Of a stretch of DNA of 20,000 bases, positions 1 through 8,822 are shown piece by piece. Position 1 is the stretch's first letter, and each line of letters begins with the position of its first letter. A program made the translations under genes and the position numbers. The DNA is from an uncultured virus (IMG/VR IMGVR_UViG_3300012001_000011) (Duplodnaviria > Heunggongvirae > Uroviricota > Caudoviricetes), in the IMG/VR virus record IMGVR_UViG_3300012001_000011; one strand, 5' to 3'. The notes beneath the pieces were generated by a model. It worked only from the letters and a program-made list of their open reading frames with translations, ran no database searches and was not told the origin of the DNA.

Positions 1-237
1 ATGTGGGGCGCGACAACGAAACGGTACGCTCACTGTGGGCACCGCCACCACGTTGACGAAAAGGAATATGCCGGCATGTCTGTCGCGCAGCACCCGACGC
101 TTGCGGCCCGTGATGCGCACGCCTCACGCGGCGGCTGGATATCGGATCGCGCCGCCAACGTGGTCACGTACCACAAGCGCTTCGGCAAGGTCGGGCAGAC
201 GGTAGTCTGCCCTGAGATGTTCGAGGACGCTGCATGA
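1..237 (+). CDS. C-terminal part of a phage calcineurin-like metallophosphoesterase (5'-truncated by the window)
   Basis: GHRHH (GHxH) motif followed by PTLAARDAHASRGGW, recalled as typical of this phage family; stop overlaps the next ATG (ATGA). Confidence 0.6.
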   Translation: MWGATTKRYAHCGHRHHVDEKEYAGMSVAQHPTLAARDAHASRGGWISDRAANVVTYHKRFGKVGQTVVCPEMFEDAA

Positions 238-419
238 CCATTCGCCCCTGCCGCTGCGGCCAAATACCGCAGATTACCGAGACAACGGTAAAGCAAATCC
301 ACATGATCCGCGTCAAGTGCGCGTGCGGCGAGCAGGGCGCGGCGCTGCTGTATACGAAGCCAGAAGACCGGGCGCGAATGGTGCAGGCGGCTTGGGATGG
401 GTGGAATCTCGGTGCATAG
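234..419 (+). CDS. Small Lar-like zinc-ribbon protein, 61 aa
   Basis: PCRCG ... VKCACG ... AWDGWN, i.e. two Cys pairs plus the terminal WN of the Lar family; ATGA coupling. Confidence 0.65.
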   Translation: MTIRPCRCGQIPQITETTVKQIHMIRVKCACGEQGAALLYTKPEDRARMVQAAWDGWNLGA

Positions 420-677
420 CGCGGGTTGTATTTGCGCTTTACAGCCTACGTGGCGTTTTCGTTGAAAATACAGCGCTAAGTGTTTGTTTTGTGGCGGTCT
501 ATACAGTGGTTTTGTGTGGGTATTGTATAATGCTAGATTCGCTGTTAAGCGCATGATTCCATTCACAAAAGAGCTATCTCAGCATGCTTTCTACTGCAAA
601 TATAAGGGTTAGAAAGTAGCCTTACTGGCTGCATGGCGTTGGCAAAGTTTACTAATATTCGTTGAATATTTTACGAA
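420..677. other. Candidate attP region
   Basis: AT-rich gap just downstream of int, between convergent phage genes; inverted repeats AATATTC-gtt-GAATATT (654-670) and CTTTCTA..TAGAAAG (587-616). Confidence 0.5.
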
Positions 678-1781
678 TTACTTTGCCGTGATGACCTGAT
701 AACCCTGCCCGCGCATGTCGTCGTATTTCGCTGTCATCGAGGCGTTTTTGTGCCCCATCATCGACTGTGCAAACGCGGCGCCAAACTCGGCCTTAAACAG
801 CCGTTCGGCTAGGCTGCGAATCTCGTGGAAGGTTGGCGGCGTCCTGCCCTCTGCTGCCGTGATCTTGGCTGATGCCACCGCCTCTTGAAACGCATTCGAC
901 AGGCCATTTCCCGGTATTTTATCGCCGGGCCGTGCCGTCCCTCGGTGCATCGTGTGGTGGACCATATGCCGGCTCACGACCAGATCGCGGCATTCCTGTA
1001 TCGCCTCGCCTATCGACACGCCGACGACTGCCAATCGAATATTGACGTCCAATTGCAGCTTGATTTCGCCCTGACTCTTTTCTTGCGCCACATGCAAATA
1101 TCCGTCGCGTTGGTCGGCGAACTTCATGCTTGCGATGTCGCCCCGGCGCTGGCCGGTCACAAGGGCCAGCAGCATAGCTCGTTGCAGCCATACTGGCGCG
1201 CAGGCTCGGATTGCATGGAACTGCTCAAGAGTCAGGCGTTCGCGCCGCACAGAGCGGCTGGCGGTGTATGTGGCGCTTACCGGGTTTTTCCCCTGCTCGA
1301 TCAAGCCTTGGGTCTCGGCCATGCGGAAAACGTCCCGCATCCTGGCGCGCATGCCGACAGCCGACGACGAGCCGCTTTCCTGCTCGACCGCTTCCAGCAA
1401 CGTAGCCGCGTGCGCCGTGCCAATCTCGGATAGCCGCATCCATGCGCAATCTGCTGCGGCTATCCGCTTGAGATAGCCGGAAGCGTTGCGCAGCGTGTTT
1501 GGCGCAGGGTCGGTCTTGCTGCTCCACAGTTCCTTGTAGATCGGCACCCACTCGGCTAACGTGTAATCCTTCTTGCCCGTCAGCCAGTCAACCAGCGAGG
1601 ACGGCTTGCGATTAGCGATTGCGGCATTGCCCGACCGCGCCTCGGCAAACGCCTTCGCCTTGTCTCGGCCTAGTCCTAGTGACCGCTTACTTTCAGGGTC
1701 AATGAAATAGAAGTATCCCGCCGTGTTTTGATACAGGTTCGGCGGGAACCCGCTGTTCTTTGCCAATCGCTTCCTGCCCAT
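678..1781 (-). CDS. int: Lambda-type tyrosine integrase with N-terminal arm-binding domain, 367 aa
   Basis: N-terminal MGRKR..PPNLY..GYFYF.DP; catalytic R (TGQRRGDI), HEIR, MGH and KY. Confidence 0.97.
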   Translation of the reverse strand: MGRKRLAKNSGFPPNLYQNTAGYFYFIDPESKRSLGLGRDKAKAFAEARSGNAAIANRKPSSLVDWLTGKKDYTLAEWVPIYKELWSSKTDPAPNTLRNASGYLKRIAAADCAWMRLSEIGTAHAATLLEAVEQESGSSSAVGMRARMRDVFRMAETQGLIEQGKNPVSATYTASRSVRRERLTLEQFHAIRACAPVWLQRAMLLALVTGQRRGDIASMKFADQRDGYLHVAQEKSQGEIKLQLDVNIRLAVVGVSIGEAIQECRDLVVSRHMVHHTMHRGTARPGDKIPGNGLSNAFQEAVASAKITAAEGRTPPTFHEIRSLAERLFKAEFGAAFAQSMMGHKNASMTAKYDDMRGQGYQVITAK

Positions 1782-1963
1782 TAATCACTCACGTATTCTG
1801 CTGTCGGCTTGACTTGCCAAGCGCGGCCTACCTTCTTCGGTTGCGGCTGAATGCGGCCTTCGTGCACCCATTTCAGCAGCGTGTTTTGGTGCGGTACCTT
1901 GGAAAACATCGTTGCGGCCCACTCGGGCAGCGTGATGTATCGCGGCTTAATTGTCGTCGTCAT
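1781..1963 (-). CDS. xis: Excisionase, 60 aa
   Basis: YITLPEWA..P...TL.KW...GRI.P.PKKVGR.W.V...AEY lambda Xis-like pattern; TAATG coupling to int. Confidence 0.92.
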   Translation of the reverse strand: MTTTIKPRYITLPEWAATMFSKVPHQNTLLKWVHEGRIQPQPKKVGRAWQVKPTAEYVSD

Positions 1964-2136
1964 TCCCGCCTCTCCTTATCTTCCCCATCCTGCCCCGGCC
2001 CGTCATCAGTCGCGCAGCCGCAGCACGCCACCGGCTTGTGGCACAGTCCGCACATTGGCGGGGGCTTGGTGAATATGCGCTCCCAGGCTGTCGGCGGGAT
2101 GACTCCAGGGCGGCGCGCGCTTCCTTTTCCGCTCAC
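1960..2136 (-). CDS. Hypothetical protein, 58 aa (GTG start; MSGKGSARRP...CGLCHKPVACCGC)
   Basis: GTGA overlap with the upstream stop at 2133-2136; ATGA overlap with xis. Confidence 0.6.
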   Translation of the reverse strand: MSGKGSARRPGVIPPTAWERIFTKPPPMCGLCHKPVACCGCATDDGPGQDGEDKERRE

Positions 2137-2327
2137 GTCATATCCTTCGGGTCGTTGTCGTGCGCTTTCAAAAGCATGCGGGGCGCGTTCGGTTCGGATG
2201 GCGGCATAGACTGGCAAATGGCGATGCACTTTGCGTGACTTAGCGTCGGCCAGTTGTGCAGCGTGTGCGTGCCAGTTCGCATGTCAAGCGTCACCGTGAT
2301 GAAGCGCCCCTGCTGACGATCATCCAT
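2133..2327 (-). CDS. Hypothetical protein, 64 aa (MDDRQQGRFITVTLD...)
   Basis: ATG at 2327 overlaps the end of the 748-aa gene (ATGGATGA); purine-rich RBS upstream. Confidence 0.6.
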   Translation of the reverse strand: MDDRQQGRFITVTLDMRTGTHTLHNWPTLSHAKCIAICQSMPPSEPNAPRMLLKAHDNDPKDMT

Positions 2328-4566
2328 TCTCTTCCCCCTTATGTGTAGCCGAAGCGGAGATAGCATCGTTTGCTTTCTTCCATACAAGGCACCATGCGCA
2401 TGGCTTTCCGGCCTTATCGCCATTGTCGCTATCCCATATTCCCGGCACGCTATGCGAGTGTCCGGGCGCGTCGCCATTCCGATTCAAGTGACGTTTCGGT
2501 ATTTCGCGCATGACGGCGGTAAGCAATGCCCGCCAGTGCGCCGCATCCCGCTCAAGCGCAGCTATCGACTTGCCATCAACGCCCATGGCAACGAACAGCG
2601 ATTCGGCATCGGTGAATACGCCTAGCAACGGATCATCCACCGCGCCCGCTTGCTCGACCGTCTCGGGCTTGGCCTGCTCGGCTCCGCAATTACATGGCCC
2701 TTTTTTTCCGCCAATGCAGAGCAGTGCATGACCTCCCCAATCCCCACCACCTGTCTCGGGCTTGGCCTGCTCGCCGCAAACGCCGCACGGAGAATTCCCC
2801 GGCGCTGGCGATCCTTCGCAGCCGACGCATTGCGATGGCTTTGCCTGCTCGGTTGCTGGCTGAGCCAGAAGTTCGCGGATATCTTCAAAAGCATCTGTTA
2901 CTTTATCGTCTTCATCCTCGAATATATCCATATCGTTGAGAATATCGCCCATGTGATTCATGGCTTCGTAAATCCCTTCAAGGGTATCGCGTGGAACATT
3001 CATCACACCACCCTTCTCGGCTATGGGCGTAGCCGGGGCAGCACGGACCGCAGCGAGGCATTCGTTCCAGCCTGCCAGATAGTCTCGATTCGCGCACATC
3101 GACATACTCAGCGGCTCCACATCCACTGCCATCCCTGCCCCTACTGGCGCTGGGCGGGCAGCACGAAATAGCGACACCACAGCGGCGGCACGATGTATGC
3201 CCGCCAGGAATGCAACTTTTTCCGGAATCGTATTAGCTGGGTTGCATTGCAGCGCTAGAACGGCGCTGTGAATCTCTGCGATATCCGGCGCATCCTCGGA
3301 AGGCGCTGGGACGCGAATCGCCGCATCGCTCCCGCCTTGCCTGCACAGCAGGCCATATGCGCGGGCGTAGACTTGCATCTGGTCGTCAGCGTAGTGATTG
3401 CGCGATCCCTCGGAGGCTTGTGGGAATGACTGCCAAGGTGTCGGCAATTCCGGCAGCGCGCTCAACTCTTGCACCTGGTCGGCGCTCTGACTCGTGGCGG
3501 GGTGGGTGTAGAGCGGCGTAAGTTCGCTACTCAAAGTTGGCTCGTAACCCGCCTTCCAGCGCCGTGCTGCTTCGATGTCGCCAAACCAAATACGGCAGTT
3601 GCCATCTGGTGCGAAAACCGCCCAAGCAACTGGATCGCTTGCCTGAGCAGGCATTGCTGCGGGAGGGGTGGCTAGAGCAGCGGCATAGTCGCTGTAGAGA
3701 ACATATTCGCCGTCGTCATCGCCTATCATGTTTGCGCGACCATGATCTTCGTAAATCGAGAAGCGTTCTACAGGCACGGCGCTCTGGCTTGCCCCTGTAG
3801 GAGCGGCAAGGGCGGCAAGCAATTTATTGATGGCATCTTCTTTGGTATCGCCAAATCCAGCGGGGGAAATTTGGAGATCAATGAAATCAGGCCAAACTGC
3901 GCAGATAGCGTCACCATCGCGGAATACTCGTGGCGCAAATGGTTGAGCTGCGTGCAGTGCATACATTAGGCGTCGCTCTACTAAATCTCGCAGGCGATCA
4001 TCGGTTGTATCCACCAGTGCTTCTTCGAGTCCTTCGGCTTGAGCAGCCTCAAAACACCCGACTACCTCGATAATCGCCTTGAGCAGCGCATCGCTCGGCG
4101 CAGCTACTGTAGGAGAGGTGGCATTGATGATGTCGAGCAGCGAATCGACACGAGTGCGCAACTGAAAAATCCAGCGACGCGCCTGCGCCATATCGAGCGG
4201 CATACTGTGGTCGCTCGGCGCAGCGCTGCTACTGTCTGCCTCGCTCGGCTTGGCCTGCTCGCCCACGTAGCACACGCAAGGCGATCCGCTGCGCGCTGGG
4301 CAATCTGTATCGTGAGGCTTGGCCTGCTCTTGCGCAGGGGCGCGGAGGTTCCAGGCGGCGATTGCTTCGCTTATCGCCTCTTCCTTGCTCGATAGCCAGC
4401 CGTCAACCGTCAGTGCGTTCGGCCCTCGCGCCTCGCAATCGCCGCACTCGATATAGGCGCTGTGGAAGTTGTCCGGCTGCACGGAATACGCGTCCGTGCT
4501 CAGGTTCGTGCCGCCGCAATGCAGACATGGCAGCAGCTCGGTGCTTGTTGGTGCGTGGGATTTCAT
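2320..4566 (-). CDS. Mosaic early accessory protein, 748 aa: N-terminal Lar zinc ribbon plus Ead/Ea22-like modules
   Basis: LLPCLHCGG...IECGDCEARGP...AIAAWNLRA at the N-terminus; DPVAW..TPLYTHP, GEYVLYSDY, LAGWNECLAA and ERDAAHWRAL modules. Confidence 0.85.
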   Translation of the reverse strand: MKSHAPTSTELLPCLHCGGTNLSTDAYSVQPDNFHSAYIECGDCEARGPNALTVDGWLSSKEEAISEAIAAWNLRAPAQEQAKPHDTDCPARSGSPCVCYVGEQAKPSEADSSSAAPSDHSMPLDMAQARRWIFQLRTRVDSLLDIINATSPTVAAPSDALLKAIIEVVGCFEAAQAEGLEEALVDTTDDRLRDLVERRLMYALHAAQPFAPRVFRDGDAICAVWPDFIDLQISPAGFGDTKEDAINKLLAALAAPTGASQSAVPVERFSIYEDHGRANMIGDDDGEYVLYSDYAAALATPPAAMPAQASDPVAWAVFAPDGNCRIWFGDIEAARRWKAGYEPTLSSELTPLYTHPATSQSADQVQELSALPELPTPWQSFPQASEGSRNHYADDQMQVYARAYGLLCRQGGSDAAIRVPAPSEDAPDIAEIHSAVLALQCNPANTIPEKVAFLAGIHRAAAVVSLFRAARPAPVGAGMAVDVEPLSMSMCANRDYLAGWNECLAAVRAAPATPIAEKGGVMNVPRDTLEGIYEAMNHMGDILNDMDIFEDEDDKVTDAFEDIRELLAQPATEQAKPSQCVGCEGSPAPGNSPCGVCGEQAKPETGGGDWGGHALLCIGGKKGPCNCGAEQAKPETVEQAGAVDDPLLGVFTDAESLFVAMGVDGKSIAALERDAAHWRALLTAVMREIPKRHLNRNGDAPGHSHSVPGIWDSDNGDKAGKPCAWCLVWKKANDAISASATHKGEENG
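2660..4329. repeat. Dispersed 14-21 bp repeat GGCTT(G/T)GCCTGCTC encoding EQAKP, 5 copies
   Basis: Copies at 2660-2680 and 2753-2773 (21 bp identical), 2837-2851, 4247-4261 and 4316-4329. Confidence 0.9.
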
Positions 4567-4766
4567 GCGGTTTCCTTATGTGTATCAGTTCCATCAAGAT
4601 TCTTTCCGCAGCAGTAGGTCCGCCATTTTGGATTCCACCAACTGAGGCATTTGGGGCACTCCCATTTTTCAATGGTCCTGTCCGGGCACCCGCAGTTGCG
4701 CGCTTGCTCGCGTGTGTCGTACCCTCGCTCGCAGCCGGGGCACTGGTGGATAGTCTTGGCCTTCAT
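4563..4766 (-). CDS. Cys-rich zinc-finger-like protein, 67 aa
   Basis: CPGC...C.C...CPKC...CC; ATGA coupling on both sides. Confidence 0.7.
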   Translation of the reverse strand: MKAKTIHQCPGCERGYDTREQARNCGCPDRTIEKWECPKCLSWWNPKWRTYCCGKNLDGTDTHKETA

Positions 4767-5029
4767 GCTGCCGTCAGGTATGTGTTGCCGCCCTCGCGTT
4801 TAACGCGCTGACCGATTGACAGGATTGCGGCAGCGGAAGCCTTGAGGGTCTTGCCCATGTAGTTCTGGCGCAGCAGCTTCGATGCGCAGATGATGCCAAC
4901 ATTCAGGATTTCGCCACACTCACTCTCAAGACCAACGGCGCGAGTCAGATTAGTTTTGCCGCAGCAGTCGCAAACTGGATAGTCCGTGTTGCCGAGAACT
5001 TTGTACTTTGCGCCCTTAGTCAGTTCCAT
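4763..5029 (-). CDS. Hypothetical zinc-binding protein, 88 aa
   Basis: CDCCGK...VGIICA; RBS AAGGGGAAG; own promoter upstream. Confidence 0.8.
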   Translation of the reverse strand: MELTKGAKYKVLGNTDYPVCDCCGKTNLTRAVGLESECGEILNVGIICASKLLRQNYMGKTLKASAAAILSIGQRVKREGGNTYLTAA

Positions 5030-5065
5030 TTTCTTCCCCTTGTTCGTTGTTTGATTCGATGAATA

Positions 5066-5134
5066 AGTGTAACGCGTTTAATCAGCATCGACAAGCTTTA
5101 TTCGCGTTACTTTTAATGCCGTGTATAATCGGCA
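5066..5134. promoter_or_regulatory. Divergent promoter pair with inverted-repeat operator
   Basis: Leftward TTGTCG(5094-5089)-17 bp-TACACT(5071-5066); rightward TATAAT (5124-5129); inverted repeat GTAACGCG (5069-5076)/CGCGTTAC (5103-5110). Confidence 0.65.
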
Positions 5135-5135
5135 C

Positions 5136-5300
5136 ATGGAAAACGAAAAACGCTCACGCGGACGGCCCGCCAAACCGCCCGAAGAACTCATGGTCAACTT
5201 CTCTGTGCGCATGACGCCTGCCCAGCGGGATAAGGTGAAGGCAAACGGCATGGACTGGCTACGCAAGCTCATTGATCGGGCGAAGTCGAAACCGGAGTAG
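5136..5300 (+). CDS. Small ribbon-helix-helix-like DNA-binding protein, 54 aa (not in the ORF track)
   Basis: MENEKRSRGRPAKPPEELMVNFSVRMTPAQRDKVKANGMDWLRKLIDRAKSKPE: RGRP hook, alternating beta strand and two helices; ATG 6 nt after TATAAT. Confidence 0.75.
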   Translation: MENEKRSRGRPAKPPEELMVNFSVRMTPAQRDKVKANGMDWLRKLIDRAKSKPE

Positions 5301-5712
5301 GGGCGGCGGCTAACATGGCGGCGTAGCACAGTCGCGCACGATGGGCGGCCTGCTGGCATCCTGACATTGCCTCGTACTTTTCCATTTCTTCGCCGGGCAC
5401 GAAACCCCATTCCGGGCGCGACTCGAAGCCGGCTATGACCATATCCTCGGTCGGCGCGATTGGCACCAGCACGTAGCCCTCTGCCGCCCCATGCAAGCAC
5501 GCGCCCTGGCACTCCACCGTCCGCAAGTGCATCTTGGCAGCGAGGCGCGCGTCGTCGCGCTCTTGGGTCAGTTGCTCGATTTGCGCGATGAGGGCGAGGA
5601 TGGCAGCGCGGCACTCGGCCTCGTTATTCACCTCAAGCCATGCATCGATCTCGCCCTTCTTGCCACGGACCGCTAAAAGAAACTCTGCCTGCTCTATGCT
5701 AATTTCACTCAT
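5269..5712 (-). CDS. Ead/Ea22-like early protein
   Basis: AILALIAQIEQL coiled coil, GYVLVPIAPTEDM and YAAMLAAAP motifs; start chosen at MSEI (RBS AAGGA). Confidence 0.75.
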   Translation of the reverse strand: MSEISIEQAEFLLAVRGKKGEIDAWLEVNNEAECRAAILALIAQIEQLTQERDDARLAAKMHLRTVECQGACLHGAAEGYVLVPIAPTEDMVIAGFESRPEWGFVPGEEMEKYEAMSGCQQAAHRARLCYAAMLAAAPTPVSTSPDQ

Positions 5713-5938
5713 CATCATCATCCTTGGTTGCGATCCGCAATTGGCGCGGGTCGGATTTCGTTAAAACGTAGATATAGCCGTGCCCACTTGGCGCGCGGTC
5801 CTCGCAATCGGGCAAGTCCAGGCGCTTAGCGATTTGCGCTGCCTCCTTGCATTCGCTGGTGCGCTCGCGCTCAAAGATGCATCCCTCGCACTCATGATGC
5901 GACTCGGCTGCGGTAAAGTGGGCGGCACTGGCTTTCAC
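5705..5938 (-). CDS. Cys-rich hypothetical protein, 77 aa
   Basis: CEGCIF...C...C pattern; GTGA coupling to ninB. Confidence 0.7.
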   Translation of the reverse strand: MKASAAHFTAAESHHECEGCIFERERTSECKEAAQIAKRLDLPDCEDRAPSGHGYIYVLTKSDPRQLRIATKDDDDE

Positions 5939-6366
5939 TCCTTGAACTCCACGCCAGCCTGCGCGCCAAAAGCGGCAAGGTACTCGATAAACTGCGCTGC
6001 CATCGCCACAGAAAAGCGGCGCGTCTGCACGCCAAGCTGTACGACACCGGAGCCGTCAAGGCTTGGCACAACCCGCCCCTGGTCGTTGAACGGATCAGGC
6101 TTGCCGGTCCCGCGTGCGTCCTCACGCATCACACGCACGAACGCATCGACCAGCAGGCGTTTCCACGTTTCGATGTCCACCATCTCGCCCATGAACGGCA
6201 TGACCTTGGCGATTTCACCGATCATTGCATGGTATTTTTCTTCCTGCACCCGCTTCTTTACCGGCTCCGAAAACACGGCCATCCATCCATCAGGTGCTTC
6301 CATGCAAAAGGCGGCGGCGTTTCGTCGGGCCTGCTCATGCACAAAGAAGAATGGCCGACGAGTCAT
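5935..6366 (-). CDS. ninB: NinB/Orf recombination mediator
   Basis: ARRNA...APDG..V..EP.K..Q..KYHAMIGEIA...E.WKRLLVDAF...VVPSLDG.GVVQLGVQTRRFS...FIEYL.AFGA..GVEF. Confidence 0.9.
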   Translation of the reverse strand: MTRRPFFFVHEQARRNAAAFCMEAPDGWMAVFSEPVKKRVQEEKYHAMIGEIAKVMPFMGEMVDIETWKRLLVDAFVRVMREDARGTGKPDPFNDQGRVVPSLDGSGVVQLGVQTRRFSVAMAAQFIEYLAAFGAQAGVEFKE

Positions 6367-7652
6367 GCTTCGAACGCCGCAACGGCTTCCGGCGACAGCG
6401 CCACGAAGCGAGTCAAGCGCTCAATCCATTGCGGCATAGTCAGTCCGAAATCGAAGCCAACAGCGGCAATCTCAATGTCGGTCGGGTCCAAATCGTCGGC
6501 CAGCGCGTCGGCCAAGTCCGTGATACTCGGCTCCGGCGCAACCAGATCGGCGGCGGCTTGCGAATGCAGATCCTGCAACCGCACGCGCTCAGCCTCGCGC
6601 GCCGCGTTAAACTCGGCATTCATCAGCAGGGCGGGGCCGTGGTCGTCTTCACGGCGTGCGGCGTCCTGCTGTGCTTTCAGCGCAGCCGCATCCCGCGCAT
6701 CTGCCGCCGCCTGTTGCTCGGCCAGCTTGCGGGACTGCTCGGCCATCAGATCGGCCTGTGCGTCGATCTTGGCTTGCGCTTCCTCTTGCTGGGCCAGAAT
6801 GGCGGCTTGCTGCTGCGCGGCGAGGTCAGCAAGGCGCTTGGCTTCCGCAGCCTGCTCGGCGGCTACACGGTCGTTTTCGGCGGCGACACGGGCATTTTCG
6901 ATGCGCTCAGCTTCGATGCGGGCCAGTTCGGCGATGCGGGATTGCTCGGCGGCTAGGGCGGCGGCTTCGGCTTGCTGGCGAGCCGTCAACAGGTCGCGCA
7001 GCTTCAACAACGAAGCGGCCAGCGTATCGGCAGCGCGCGCCGCGTCTTCCTCGTAGATCGCGGGATCAGCGGCCCAGCCGTCCCACTCGGTCAGCACGTC
7101 AGCCAGTTCGGCGGCGCTCGCATGGGCATGGACGACCGGCAGCATAGCGAGAACGGAAATCAGAGCATTGACACGCTCTTGACGCTCGCGCTCTGCGGCG
7201 ATCTTGGCCTGCTTGATGGCTTCCTTGCGACCTTCCTCGGACTTGATGGCATCATCGAACATCGCTTCATATGGGGCGGCATCGCCGGCAAGCGTCTTGT
7301 ATTCAGAATCAAGCAATTTCCCGATCATGAGGATTGGTGCCTTACGTTCGACGCGAGCCTTTTCGCCGTCAATGCGCACATCATCGCGGAATGCGGCGCG
7401 GTACTTGACGGCGACGGCCATGCCTGCGGTCGTGGATATGTCAACATACTTGTGCGGCTCGTCGTACAGCCTGTCATCCTTGAAGTGGATCAGCGCGGCT
7501 TCCGCCTTGAGCGCGTCAAACTTCGTGCGGAATGGCTTGAAGACTTCCGCAACGTAGCGCGCTGGGTCGAGCGTGATCAGTTCAAGGGCGCCAACTTGGG
7601 ACGGCTCGGCAGCAGCCAGGGCCGTGCTTTCAATTGCGGTGGTAGCGTTCAT
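6363..7652 (-). CDS. Ala/Glu/Gln-rich coiled-coil phage protein, 429 aa
   Basis: EKARVERKAPIL.IGK.LDSE motif and a long heptad region; typical neighbour of recombination genes. Confidence 0.85.
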   Translation of the reverse strand: MNATTAIESTALAAAEPSQVGALELITLDPARYVAEVFKPFRTKFDALKAEAALIHFKDDRLYDEPHKYVDISTTAGMAVAVKYRAAFRDDVRIDGEKARVERKAPILMIGKLLDSEYKTLAGDAAPYEAMFDDAIKSEEGRKEAIKQAKIAAERERQERVNALISVLAMLPVVHAHASAAELADVLTEWDGWAADPAIYEEDAARAADTLAASLLKLRDLLTARQQAEAAALAAEQSRIAELARIEAERIENARVAAENDRVAAEQAAEAKRLADLAAQQQAAILAQQEEAQAKIDAQADLMAEQSRKLAEQQAAADARDAAALKAQQDAARREDDHGPALLMNAEFNAAREAERVRLQDLHSQAAADLVAPEPSITDLADALADDLDPTDIEIAAVGFDFGLTMPQWIERLTRFVALSPEAVAAFEA

Positions 7653-7694
7653 TATTTCCCCTTCGTTTTAGTTGTTGTGTTATGTGAAATATTT

Positions 7695-8165
7695 TCAAAA
7701 AGGTATGTCGTCATCCATGTCCGTGAAGTTCGGCGCATGCTTCGGTGTAGGGCGCTGCTGCTGCGCAGGCTTGGCCTGGTTGCGAGGCTGTGCCGCTGGT
7801 GCGCTATTGCCCTGTCCTTGATCGCCAGTTGGCCGGCTATCCAGCATTTGCAGGTTTTCCGCGATGATGCTGGTCGCGTACTTTTCAACACCGTCCTTGT
7901 CCGTGTACTTGCGGGTTTGCAAGCGGCCTTCGACGTAGACCGAGCTACCATTTTTCAGGTACTGCCCGACGATTTCAGCCAGGCGACCGAAAAACGAAAT
8001 ACGGTGCCATTCGGTTTCTTCCTTCATGTCGCCCGTGTTTTTGTCTTTCCACTTGGAGGTGGTCGCTACGGCGATATTTGCCACGGCATCACCCGACGGC
8101 TGGTAGCGGATTTCAGGGTCGCGCCCCAGGTTGCCTAATACGATGACTTTGTTGACCGATGCCAT
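7695..8165 (-). CDS. ssb: Single-stranded DNA-binding protein
   Basis: [18 protein letters not shown]...ETEWHR...[11 protein letters not shown]...DDIPF. Confidence 0.98.
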   Translation of the reverse strand: MASVNKVIVLGNLGRDPEIRYQPSGDAVANIAVATTSKWKDKNTGDMKEETEWHRISFFGRLAEIVGQYLKNGSSVYVEGRLQTRKYTDKDGVEKYATSIIAENLQMLDSRPTGDQGQGNSAPAAQPRNQAKPAQQQRPTPKHAPNFTDMDDDIPF

Positions 8166-8168
8166 GAT

Positions 8169-8822
8169 TTATGCCGCCTCTTTATGTTCGTAGTTGATAA
8201 TTGCAACTTGGTTTGCGAGGTATTCGCGCGCGGCGATTACCTTCGATTTCATTTTTTCTTCGATGGCGCGGTCACGCGTGATACGGGTCAGGGTGATGCG
8301 CAGCGATGGGTTGATGTGCTCCACATCGTGCAAGTCCTGCTGTTCGTACCGGCACAGTTCGCTAGGCGTCGAAACGAGGCAGTAAGCAACCTCGAATTCT
8401 TCGATATCCCACAGCCACATGTAGGCGCGGCCCTGGTAGTCGTAGCCGGATTTCTTGGCGATATCAGCAACGTCCTCGGAGGTAGCGGGGAACGTGTCAA
8501 GGCTCCATGCGTTCTTGATGTCGATAATCAACTTGCCCGGCACGATGATGTCCGGCTCGCCCGTGATCCAGTCGTTCGTGCGGCGCTCGGCATTCTTTTC
8601 GTAGCGCGTGAAAAAGACTTCGTTGTACAGATCGATTGCCGCGTCTTCACACTGGATGCCCTTGTCGAAATACTTGGACTGGATCATCTTGTGGTAGGCG
8701 TAGACGTACTCTTTTGCCAAGCCCTTGATGAACGTCTTGGCCGACACTGACAGGCCATCAGCGCCCTTACCGTCGCCCATTATTTCGGCAATCGCGCTAG
8801 CGCGGAAGTGGAAGCTATTCAT
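8169..8822 (-). CDS. YqaJ/lambda-exonuclease-like PD-(D/E)xK nuclease
   Basis: GIQCE..AIDLY; GEPDII..IIDIKN; YDYQGRAYMWL; lies between erf and ssb. Confidence 0.85.
   Translation of the reverse strand: MNSFHFRASAIAEIMGDGKGADGLSVSAKTFIKGLAKEYVYAYHKMIQSKYFDKGIQCEDAAIDLYNEVFFTRYEKNAERRTNDWITGEPDIIVPGKLIIDIKNAWSLDTFPATSEDVADIAKKSGYDYQGRAYMWLWDIEEFEVAYCLVSTPSELCRYEQQDLHDVEHINPSLRITLTRITRDRAIEEKMKSKVIAAREYLANQVAIINYEHKEAA

Noticed and set aside
2660..2851. Mini-CRISPR reading of the EQAKP repeats
   Set aside because: The repeats are short, unevenly spaced and in frame within a protein
6225..8750. Long + strand ORFs (243, 275, 388 and 188 aa)
   Set aside because: Antisense shadows of GC-rich recognisable genes
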